Shown here in pieces: positions 25,944-32,000 of a stretch of 32,000 nt of DNA (position 1 is its first letter; every line of letters starts with the position of its first letter). Source of the stretch: Dubosiella newyorkensis. GTDB lineage: Bacteria > Bacillota_I > Bacilli_A > Erysipelotrichales > Erysipelotrichaceae. The notes below the pieces were generated by a model. The model ran no database searches. It was not told the DNA's origin and was given only the letters and a program-made list of their open reading frames with translations. The DNA lies in NCBI RefSeq assembly GCF_001945605.1, contig NZ_MPKA01000087.1:30001-62000 (forward strand), given 5' to 3'. The translations under genes and the position numbers were made by a program.

Positions 25944-26280
25944 CTTTGATATGTTCTAGAGCGACTTTCAATACTGAATGGATGTGTTCGTCATCCAATT
26001 CATAGAAAATCGTTTTCCCTTGTCTTCTTGATTTGACTAGTTTGGCTTGCTTTAGAGCCTTGAGCTGATGGGAGACCGCGCTCCGCGACATTTTTGCGAC
26101 ATTCGCAAGATCGCTTGCGCAAAGCTCTCCTTTTTCAAGGGCCATCAAAAGCATCAAACGACTCGGATCGCCCATGATCTTGTAAAAATTCGCTAATTGT
26201 TCGATCTGCTCGGCGGCAGGCATATATTGGAGCGCGCTGAAGACTCTTTTTTCATCTTGAACATCGTAAAGAAAATCCAT
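25921..26280 (-). CDS. ArsR/SmtB-family metalloregulator with an alpha5-type (SmtB-like) metal site
   Basis: wHTH: GDPSRLMLLMALEKGELCASDLANVAKMSRSAVSHQLKALKQAKLV. The C-terminal helix LDDEHIHSVLKVALEHIKE gives D-x-H-x10-H-x2-E, the spacing of the SmtB alpha5 ligands (D104, H106, H117, E120). The ELCxCD alpha3 thiolate pair is absent. Confidence 0.85.
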   Translation of the reverse strand: MDFLYDVQDEKRVFSALQYMPAAEQIEQLANFYKIMGDPSRLMLLMALEKGELCASDLANVAKMSRSAVSHQLKALKQAKLVKSRRQGKTIFYELDDEHIHSVLKVALEHIKEGADHHD

Positions 26281-26366
26281 TCAGGTCCCTCCATTTCTTT
26301 CATAATTATAGTCGATGCGCTTTTTATTATCAAATGTGGAGTGTTTTCCGTTTTCAATTTTTCAAG

Positions 26367-26384
26367 AGTTAATTATAATTAACT
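26367..26384. promoter_or_regulatory. Perfect 18-bp palindromic operator overlapping face-to-face -10 boxes of the divergent arsR-like and feoA genes
   Basis: AGTTAATTATAATTAACT equals its own reverse complement. It contains TATAAT on the + strand (26374-26379, with TTTTCA 17 nt upstream) and TATAAT on the - strand (26377-26372). Confidence 0.5.
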
Positions 26385-26409
26385 TTGTAAATTAGAAATG
26401 AGGCGAACT

Positions 26410-26628
26410 ATGACTCTAAAAGAAATACCAAAGGGAAAAAGCGTGGTTGTTCGGCAAATCAACACCAACGAACAAACGCGACGGCGGCTTAGGACCCTTG
26501 GAATGCTGAGTGGTACCCCCATCGAGGTTGTTCAGCGCAAGCAAAATGGAACACTCGTGATCCGATTAAGAGGAACACGATTTGCGTTAGGAAAAGAATT
26601 GAGTGAACAAATCGAGGTAGAGGCATGA
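26410..26628 (+). CDS. feoA: Ferrous iron transport protein A
   Basis: Small SH3-like FeoA: MTLKEIPKGKSVVVRQIN..RRRLRTLGMLSGTPIEVVQR..GTLVIRLRGTRFALGKELSEQIEV. I prefer ATG 26410 (GAGG 6 nt upstream) over 26398. ATGA overlap with feoB. Confidence 0.88.
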   Translation: MTLKEIPKGKSVVVRQINTNEQTRRRLRTLGMLSGTPIEVVQRKQNGTLVIRLRGTRFALGKELSEQIEVEA

Positions 26629-28646
26629 AAAAAGAGATCACTGTCGCATTTATAGGAAATCCAAACTGTGGGAAGACAACATTGTTCAACGCTTATACAG
26701 GAGCGAATCTAAAAGTCGCGAATTGGCCGGGCGTCACGGTGGAACGAATGGAAGGAGCGATCGAAGATCATGGTCATAAGATCAAGCTTGTCGATCTTCC
26801 AGGAACCTATTCCTTAACTTCGTTTACGATGGAAGAAAGCGTATCGCGCGATTTTATCGTCTCGGATGAAGTCGATGTGATCGTCGATGTTGTCGATACT
26901 TCGTCGCTTGAACGTTCGCTTTATCTCACATTGCAGCTTCTTGAATTGAATAAACCAGTCGTGATCGCGGCCAATATGATGGATATCGTTGAAAAAAGAG
27001 GGATCGATCTCGATCTTCATCGGCTCTCTGAAATTCTTGGAGTACCTTGTGTTCCTGTCGTGGCGCGCAAGAAAAAAGGCTTGAAGGCGCTCATGCATGC
27101 TGCCCTCCATCAAGCGGAAGAATCGAACGCCATCAATCATCAGCCTATGGAAATTGAAAGAGATATCGTGCGCGATCACGCGATGATCTATACGAGCGAT
27201 ATCGAAGAAAAGATCGGTCAAGTCGAAGATCAAATCCCTGTTGATGCAAATCGAAATCGGTGGATCGCGATCGGATTGTTGGAAAACGACGAAGTGCTCC
27301 AGCAAAAGTATCCGCTTGATTTAAAAAAGATCGCCGGTGAATCGATCTCGGATCGGATCGTCAATGAAAAATACGATTATATCGAACGGATCATGCATGA
27401 AGTGCTCCTCGGCAAGGAAAGCAAAGAAGATCTGACAGACAAGATAGACAGTTATTTGACCCATTCTATATTTGGGATTCTGTTTTTCTTTTTGATCATG
27501 GCTCTCGTCTTTATGCTGACATTTACGATTGGTGATTATATATCCGGTTATTTAGAGACTTTGATCGAAATGTTCAATGACGCGATCCATAACTTCCTCC
27601 TTCAGATCCATGTATCCGATTGGCTCATTTCATTGGTATGCGATGGAATCATTTCTGGAGTGGGAGGAATTATTACGTTTTTGCCAAATATCACGATTCT
27701 TTTTATCGCTCTGGCCTTTTTAGAAGATTCTGGATATCTGGCAAGAGTCGCCTATGTGATGAATGGCATCATGGGAAAGCTAGGCTTGTCGGGAAGAGCA
27801 TTCATTCCTATGGTTTTAGGCTTTGGCTGTACGGTGCCAGCGATCATGGCGAGCCGCACTCTCGAATCGATGAAAGATCGAAGACGAGTCATGCTCATCA
27901 CGCCATTCATGTCTTGTTCTGCCAAGCTGCCGACCTATATTTTACTTAGCGGCATGTTCTTTCAAGAACATGCGATGTGGATCGCGTATTCGATGTATTT
28001 GATTGGCATCCTTGTCGCGCTGGCGGTCGCATTTATAAGCTCCAAGATCGAAAAAGCGAAGGAATATAAGCCGTTGCTCATTGAACTTCCTATCTATAAA
28101 ATGCCAAGCCTTCATACCGTATATGTTTACGTATGGGAGAAAGTGAAAGACTTTTTGCAAAAAGCAGGAACAACGATCTTTATCGCTTCGATCGTCTTGT
28201 GGGTCCTATTGAATTTTGGAATCCATGGCTATTCGAGCGATATATCTTCATCGTTTGCGGCGATGATTGGTAAGACGATCACGCCAGTCTTAGTTCCTGT
28301 TGGACTTGGTTTCTGGCAGATCGCGGTGGCCCTTCTTGCTGGGATCTCAGCCAAAGAAGTCGTCGTTTCGTCTCTTGGCGTCTTGTTTGGGATCTCGGAT
28401 CTGAATTCTGTTTCGGCTGAAGGAGGGATGCAGCAAGCGCTGCTGATGATTGGCTTCAATTCTTTGAACGCCTACTGCATGATGCTTTTTGTATTGCTTT
28501 ATATTCCTTGCTTTGCCAGTTTGGCCACGATCAAGAAGGAATCAGGTTCTTCTTTATATATGTGGAAAGCGGCAGCTTTCCAGCTCGCGATCGCTTGGCT
28601 GATCACATTCATTTTTTATCAAATCGCAAGAATATTCTGGGTGTGA
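26625..28646 (+). CDS. feoB: Ferrous iron transporter FeoB (G-domain plus polytopic membrane domain)
   Basis: N-terminal GTPase motifs GNPNCGKTTLFN (G1), DLPGTYS (G3) and NMMD (G4), followed by the gate and membrane domain with multiple TM helices. 673 aa. Confidence 0.93.
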   Translation: MKKEITVAFIGNPNCGKTTLFNAYTGANLKVANWPGVTVERMEGAIEDHGHKIKLVDLPGTYSLTSFTMEESVSRDFIVSDEVDVIVDVVDTSSLERSLYLTLQLLELNKPVVIAANMMDIVEKRGIDLDLHRLSEILGVPCVPVVARKKKGLKALMHAALHQAEESNAINHQPMEIERDIVRDHAMIYTSDIEEKIGQVEDQIPVDANRNRWIAIGLLENDEVLQQKYPLDLKKIAGESISDRIVNEKYDYIERIMHEVLLGKESKEDLTDKIDSYLTHSIFGILFFFLIMALVFMLTFTIGDYISGYLETLIEMFNDAIHNFLLQIHVSDWLISLVCDGIISGVGGIITFLPNITILFIALAFLEDSGYLARVAYVMNGIMGKLGLSGRAFIPMVLGFGCTVPAIMASRTLESMKDRRRVMLITPFMSCSAKLPTYILLSGMFFQEHAMWIAYSMYLIGILVALAVAFISSKIEKAKEYKPLLIELPIYKMPSLHTVYVYVWEKVKDFLQKAGTTIFIASIVLWVLLNFGIHGYSSDISSSFAAMIGKTITPVLVPVGLGFWQIAVALLAGISAKEVVVSSLGVLFGISDLNSVSAEGGMQQALLMIGFNSLNAYCMMLFVLLYIPCFASLATIKKESGSSLYMWKAAAFQLAIAWLITFIFYQIARIFWV

Positions 28647-28680
28647 AATTTCACACCCAGAATATTCTTGCTTTTTTTTT
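28626..28680 (+). terminator. Very strong intrinsic terminator: 46-bp perfect palindrome plus T9
   Basis: GCAAGAATATTCTGGGTGTGAAA/TTTCACACCCAGAATATTCTTGC (28626-28671) followed by nine T. The left arm encodes the last feoB codons (ARIFWV-stop). Confidence 0.85.
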
Positions 28681-28709
28681 GGAGTGATGTATACTAAAAG
28701 CGTAAACAG

Positions 28710-28733
28710 TTGAATGATTGATAAATTGTTCAA
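28710..28733. promoter_or_regulatory. Imperfect 24-bp inverted repeat upstream of the HMA/ATPase genes (candidate metalloregulator operator)
   Basis: In TTGAATGATTGA|TAAATTGTTCAA, 9 of 12 positions pair, with TTGAA/TTCAA at the outer ends. It lies between a TATACT -10-like box (28690-28695) and the SD of the HMA gene. ArsR/SmtB operators are typically imperfect 12-2-12-type repeats. Confidence 0.35.
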
Positions 28734-28747
28734 TCAAGGAGGATATT

Positions 28748-28963
28748 ATGAGAAAAACGTATAAAATGGAAGTCGATTGCGCGACATGCGCCTCGAAGAT
28801 CGAAGATGCTTTGAACAAGCTTGATGGAGTGAAAGAAGCGCGTGTCAACTTTATGACGCAAAAACTCATTTTAGATATTGAAGGGAAAGATATCGATACG
28901 ATCTTAGTCGAGGCAAAAAAGATCGCAAAAAAAGTGGACCGAGATACGGAGATCTATGCTTGA
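28748..28963 (+). CDS. Heavy-metal-associated (HMA) domain protein, 71 aa
   Basis: MRKTYKMEVDCATCASKIEDALNKLDGVKEARVNF... is a ferredoxin-like HMA fold with a CxxC motif (C-A-T-C), of the type seen at the N-terminus of Cd/Zn P1B ATPases. AAGGAGGA lies 6 nt upstream of ATG 28748. The ORF ends with TGA, in frame with the ATPase that starts 3 nt later. Confidence 0.8.
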   Translation: MRKTYKMEVDCATCASKIEDALNKLDGVKEARVNFMTQKLILDIEGKDIDTILVEAKKIAKKVDRDTEIYA

Positions 28964-28966
28964 TTT

Positions 28967-30826
28967 ATGAGTAAAAAACAAAAAAAAGGGCTCTATCGTA
29001 TTATCGTCACAGCCATCTTGTATGGGATCGCGATCTATAGTTCGCATGCTTTCGCTTTGAATACGTGGCAAACCATGCTTGTATATTTGATTCCTTATCT
29101 TTTGATTTCGTATGATGTTTTGATCAAATCGGCTGAGAATATTTTTCATGGCGAAGTATTCGATGAAAATTTCTTGATGTCTTTGGCTTCGATCGGCGCG
29201 ATCGCTCTCAAGGAGTATCCGGAAGCTGTCGCGGTCATGCTTTTTTATCAAGTCGGCGAGTGGTTTCAATCGTATGCAGTCGATCGTTCTAGAAAGTCGA
29301 TCGCTTCTTTAATGGATATCCGTCCAGATTACGCAAATATAGAAATTAATGGCAAGATCGAAGAAGTCGATCCGGAAGAAGTCAAAGTAGGGGATGTGAT
29401 CGTGATCAATCCAGGAGAAAGAGTTCCTCTTGATGGTACGGTGATAAAAGGAACTTCGTTTTTAGACACATCCGCATTGACGGGTGAGTCTGTCCCTCGA
29501 TCGGCCAAAGAAGGTTCGGAAGTCATTTCTGGATGCATCAACCAAAGCGGGGTCCTTTACGTGAAAGTCAGTAAGCCGTATGTGGATTCGACCGTGGCTA
29601 AGATCCTGGATCTTGTCGAGAACGCTTCCAATAAGAAGAGCCGTTCAGAACAATTCATTACGCGATTTGCGCGTATCTATACGCCAGTAGTTGTCTTTCT
29701 CGCGCTGGCTTTAGCGATCATTCCTTCCTTGTTCGATGGGCAATGGAATGTCTGGGTCTATCGTTCTCTTTCTTTCCTAGTCACATCGTGTCCATGCGCG
29801 CTTGTGATTTCGGTTCCGCTTTCTTTTTTTGGCGGAATTGGTGGCGCGAGCCGCAAAGGGATCTTGGTCAAAGGAAGCAACTACTTGCAGATGCTTTCTG
29901 AGGTCAAGACGATCGTGTTTGATAAGACAGGAACGCTCACCAAAGGGAATTTTCAAGTAACGAATGTTCTTCCGGTGGATATGAACAGCGAACAGCTTTT
30001 GCAGCTGGCGGCAAGTGTTGAAGCGTATTCTACGCATCCGATCGCTTTATCGATTCAAAAAGCTGCGCAAAAACCAACAAAACCTTTCGATGTGCTAGAT
30101 GTGCAAGAAGTCGCCGGACATGGTATGAAAGCTAAAGTCGATGGTAAAGAAGTCATGATCGGAAACGAAAAAATGATGCGTTCCATTGGTTTGGAATCTT
30201 TGCCTCAAGGAGATGGATTTGGAACTTGTGTTTATGTATGTGTGGAGAAAAAATACGCAGGGATGATCGAAATCGCCGATGAAGTCAAAGAGGATTCGAA
30301 AGTCGCGATCGATCTACTTCGTAATTATGGTGTGAAAAAGTTTATCATGCTTACAGGAGATAGTGAAAGTGTCGCCCAAAAAGTCGCCGATCACTTAGGA
30401 ATCGATGAATATCACGCTTCGCTGTTGCCAGCGCAAAAAGTCGAATATTTGGATCAGATCTTAGATCAAAGAGATCCTAAGGAGAAAGTCGCATTCGTAG
30501 GCGACGGGATCAATGATGCGCCTGTATTGACCCAAACGGATGTAGGGATCGCAATGGGCGCTTTAGGAAGCGATGCAGCGATCGAGGCGGCCGATATCGT
30601 CTTGATGGAAGATCAGCTTTCCCAGATTGTGACCGCGATGAAGATTTCGAAAAAGACGCTTTCGATCGTCTATCAAAATATAATTTTTGCTTTAGGAATC
30701 AAAATTCTCGTTTTGATCTTTGCGGCTTTAGGAATCACGAATATGTGGGTAGCTGTCTTTGCGGATGTAGGGGTGGCGATCTTAGCGATCCTGAATGCGA
30801 TGCGTGCGATGAAAGTCGACGCCTAA
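28967..30826 (+). CDS. P1B-type heavy-metal translocating ATPase core (Cd/Zn/Co class, CadA/ZntA-like) without its own N-terminal metal-binding domain
   Basis: 619 aa. TGES actuator motif (LTGESVP), the transmembrane CPC motif (SCPCALVIS), DKTGTLT phosphorylation site, HP dipeptide (STHPIA), and GDGINDAP hinge. Confidence 0.92.
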   Translation: MSKKQKKGLYRIIVTAILYGIAIYSSHAFALNTWQTMLVYLIPYLLISYDVLIKSAENIFHGEVFDENFLMSLASIGAIALKEYPEAVAVMLFYQVGEWFQSYAVDRSRKSIASLMDIRPDYANIEINGKIEEVDPEEVKVGDVIVINPGERVPLDGTVIKGTSFLDTSALTGESVPRSAKEGSEVISGCINQSGVLYVKVSKPYVDSTVAKILDLVENASNKKSRSEQFITRFARIYTPVVVFLALALAIIPSLFDGQWNVWVYRSLSFLVTSCPCALVISVPLSFFGGIGGASRKGILVKGSNYLQMLSEVKTIVFDKTGTLTKGNFQVTNVLPVDMNSEQLLQLAASVEAYSTHPIALSIQKAAQKPTKPFDVLDVQEVAGHGMKAKVDGKEVMIGNEKMMRSIGLESLPQGDGFGTCVYVCVEKKYAGMIEIADEVKEDSKVAIDLLRNYGVKKFIMLTGDSESVAQKVADHLGIDEYHASLLPAQKVEYLDQILDQRDPKEKVAFVGDGINDAPVLTQTDVGIAMGALGSDAAIEAADIVLMEDQLSQIVTAMKISKKTLSIVYQNIIFALGIKILVLIFAALGITNMWVAVFADVGVAILAILNAMRAMKVDA

Positions 30827-30841
30827 TCAAGATACGAAAAA

Positions 30842-30868
30842 AGCGGATCTTATGGATTCGCTTTTTTT
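30842..30868 (+). terminator. Intrinsic terminator after the ATPase gene
   Basis: Stem agcggatc (30842-30849) pairs with gattcgct (30855-30862, one G-U pair), followed by a T7 run. Confidence 0.7.
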
Positions 30869-30959
30869 CGAATTATGTATAATGAAGGACAGTTAGTTTA
30901 TTCTAACTAATAGATTTATATCATACTTTTGATTCCTTTGACAAGCACAATAGTCATAA

Positions 30960-30988
30960 TTGACACATTTTTTATTCTGTTCTATACT
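30960..30988 (+). promoter_or_regulatory. Consensus sigma-A promoter of the thrS leader
   Basis: TTGACA (30960-30965), exact 17-nt spacer, TATACT (30983-30988). A second TTGACA sits 22 nt further upstream (30938-30943). Confidence 0.7.
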
Positions 30989-31029
30989 CAAAGCAATGAT
31001 ATCGATGAGGATATGATCGTGCGTGATCG

Positions 31030-31216
31030 AATGTAGAGAGAAGGGCGGCTGGTGAAAGTCCTTCGCAGAACGTACGATTACTCCCTCTGAATCGCCCTTG
31101 AAAAAGTGTGCCGTATTCTTGCGTTAAAAGAAATTGAGGTGCATGCGTGAAAAAAGCGCATGAACAAAGGTGGTACCGCGTGCGACAGACGTCCTTTGAA
31201 GTCTGTCGCTTTTATT
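31030..31216 (+). promoter_or_regulatory. T-box riboswitch leader (threonine specific) with terminator
   Basis: Stem I elements AGAGAG and GGTGAAAGTCC. The candidate specifier is ACT (31080-31082, a Thr codon) in GATTACTCCC. The T-box sequence AACAAAGGTGGTACCGCG lies at 31163-31180. The terminator is GCGACAGAC (31182-31190) pairing with GTCTGTCGC (31201-31209), followed by TTTTATT. Confidence 0.85.
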
Positions 31217-31239
31217 ATGGAATCAAGGAGGAGAAAATT

Positions 31240-32000
31240 ATGGAACTTGTCAACGTTTTAGAAGATGAGCATTTAAAAATGCTGAATCATTCGGCAGCTC
31301 ACATGATGGCCCAAGCGGTCAAGCGTCTATATCCCCAAGCTAAATTTTGGGTTGGGCCTGTCATTGCGGAAGGCTTTTATTACGATATGGATCTAGGTGA
31401 TGTCAATTTAAAAGATGAAGATCTCGCTAAGATCGAAAAAGAGATGAAAAAGATCGCGAAAGATGGGAAACGGATCATCCGCAAAGAGATCTCGAAAGAA
31501 GAAGCGATCGAAATGTTCAAAGACGATCCTTACAAAGAAGATCTGATCAAAGATCTAGAGGACGGTACGATCACGATCTATTCGCAAGGCGAGTTTACGG
31601 ATCTTTGCCGCGGCCCTCATGTCGATAGCGTCAAAGAATTGAAGAATTTCAAGCTGCTCAAGCATTCAGGTGCCTATTGGAAGGGAGACGCCAACAATAA
31701 GATGCTTCAGCGCGTCTATGGAATCGCTTTTGATACGAAAGAAGAATTGGAATCCCACCTGCAAGCTCTAGAAGAAGCGAAGAAACGCGATCATAAGAAA
31801 TTAGGACGCGAAATGGGATTGTTCACAGTCTCTGAATATGCGCCTGGGATGCCGATCTTCTTGCCAAATGGAATGATCCTTCGAAATCTGTTGGAAAACT
31901 ACTGGTACGATGTACACACTAAAGATGGCTATTTGTTCATCAAGACGCCGATCATCATGTCTCGAGAGCTTTGGGAGATTTCTGGACATTGGGATCATTA
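31240..32000 (+). CDS. thrS: Threonyl-tRNA synthetase, N-terminal part (3' end outside the window); no TGS domain
   Basis: AAGGAGGAG lies 7 nt upstream of ATG 31240. The translation MELVNVLEDEHLKMLNHSAAHMMAQAVKRLYP...YWKGDANNKMLQRVYG...KKRDHKKLGRE...PNGMILRNLLENYW...ELWEISGHWDH covers the ThrRS editing domain and the start of the class II core. It is open to the window end, which is why it is absent from the ORF track. Confidence 0.93.
   Translation, partial: MELVNVLEDEHLKMLNHSAAHMMAQAVKRLYPQAKFWVGPVIAEGFYYDMDLGDVNLKDEDLAKIEKEMKKIAKDGKRIIRKEISKEEAIEMFKDDPYKEDLIKDLEDGTITIYSQGEFTDLCRGPHVDSVKELKNFKLLKHSGAYWKGDANNKMLQRVYGIAFDTKEELESHLQALEEAKKRDHKKLGREMGLFTVSEYAPGMPIFLPNGMILRNLLENYWYDVHTKDGYLFIKTPIIMSRELWEISGHWDH

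Noticed and set aside
26367-26384. Interpreting the 18-bp palindrome upstream of feoA as a Fur box.
   Set aside because: It is AT-rich like Fur, PerR and Zur boxes. However, it has even 9+9 symmetry and lacks the TGATAAT-N-ATTATCA 7-1-7 core. I could not justify a Fur assignment from sequence alone, so I keep it as an unassigned operator.
28651-28869. A 72-aa minus-strand ORF ending in ...KKKARIFWV, the same peptide as the FeoB C-terminus.
   Set aside because: The shared peptide is an artefact of the 46-bp perfect palindrome. The rest of the ORF is antisense to the HMA gene and its promoter region, and it has no SD.
28961-28963. The possibility that TGA is read as Trp (genetic code 4), which would fuse HMA and the ATPase.
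   Set aside because: Several well-conserved genes in the window terminate at TGA at their expected lengths (lysA, cdaA, the response regulator, feoA). No conserved gene needs an internal TGA to be read through. Standard code 11 fits.
30893-30910. A short inverted repeat, TTAGTT-N6-AACTAA, upstream of the thrS promoter.
   Set aside because: It has only 6-bp arms in an AT-rich spacer, which is expected by chance, and it has no positional relationship to the promoter elements.
1-32000. Mobile elements, prophage or defence islands, CRISPR arrays, and rRNA or tRNA genes.
   Set aside because: I recognised no transposase, integrase or recombinase-like ORF, no terminal inverted or direct repeats flanking a block, no regularly spaced repeats, and no tRNA-like or rRNA-like sequence. 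Gene content is core metabolism and regulation throughout.

Overview
This window looks like a chromosomal, mostly housekeeping segment of a low-GC Gram-positive (Bacillota-type) genome. The indications are strong AGGAGG ribosome-binding sites, an L-box, a T-box, and the cdaA-cdaR-glmM operon. All calls come from reading the sequence and recognising motifs; no searches were run.

Contents in order:
- murA 3' end, then an orphan LytTR regulator.
- A lysine-riboswitch-controlled operon, lysA-dapF-dapA-dapB-dapH (minus strand, every junction overlapping), with a divergent M20 deacetylase (dapL-like).
- A redox-looking cluster: a 54-aa rubredoxin missing from the ORF track, a Crp/Fnr regulator, a cupin, and a DUF438/hemerythrin/PAS protein.
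- A 490-bp AT-rich intergenic region holding an untracked 58-aa ORF.
- ggt and a Cof-type HAD hydrolase.
- cdaA-cdaR-glmM running without a visible terminator into an OmpR/HK two-component pair and a Gfo/Idh/MocA oxidoreductase, followed by a 58-aa two-TM peptide.
- A methionine operon on the minus strand: B12 activation-domain protein, split metH, and a yitJ-like Hcy-methyltransferase/MTHFR fusion.
- A decayed orphan PTS EIIB, then yaaA and an M42 peptidase.
- A SmtB-type (alpha5-site) ArsR regulator divergent from feoAB.
- An HMA domain ORF and a P1B heavy-metal ATPase separated by a single in-frame TGA.
- A Thr T-box leader and the 5' part of a TGS-less thrS.

I saw no rRNA, tRNA, CRISPR array, transposase, integrase or obvious defence system, and I cannot point to a clearly novel multi-gene system. 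The most noteworthy observations:
- the in-frame-stop split metal pump;
- the metal-regulator/feoAB operator arrangement;
- the untracked small ORF locus;
- the rubredoxin/Crp/cupin/DUF438 module;
- the SD-less, possibly leaderless start of the met operon, whose first product carries a Cys-rich tail;
- a strong window-wide GATC excess that also explains the many long antisense shadow ORFs.
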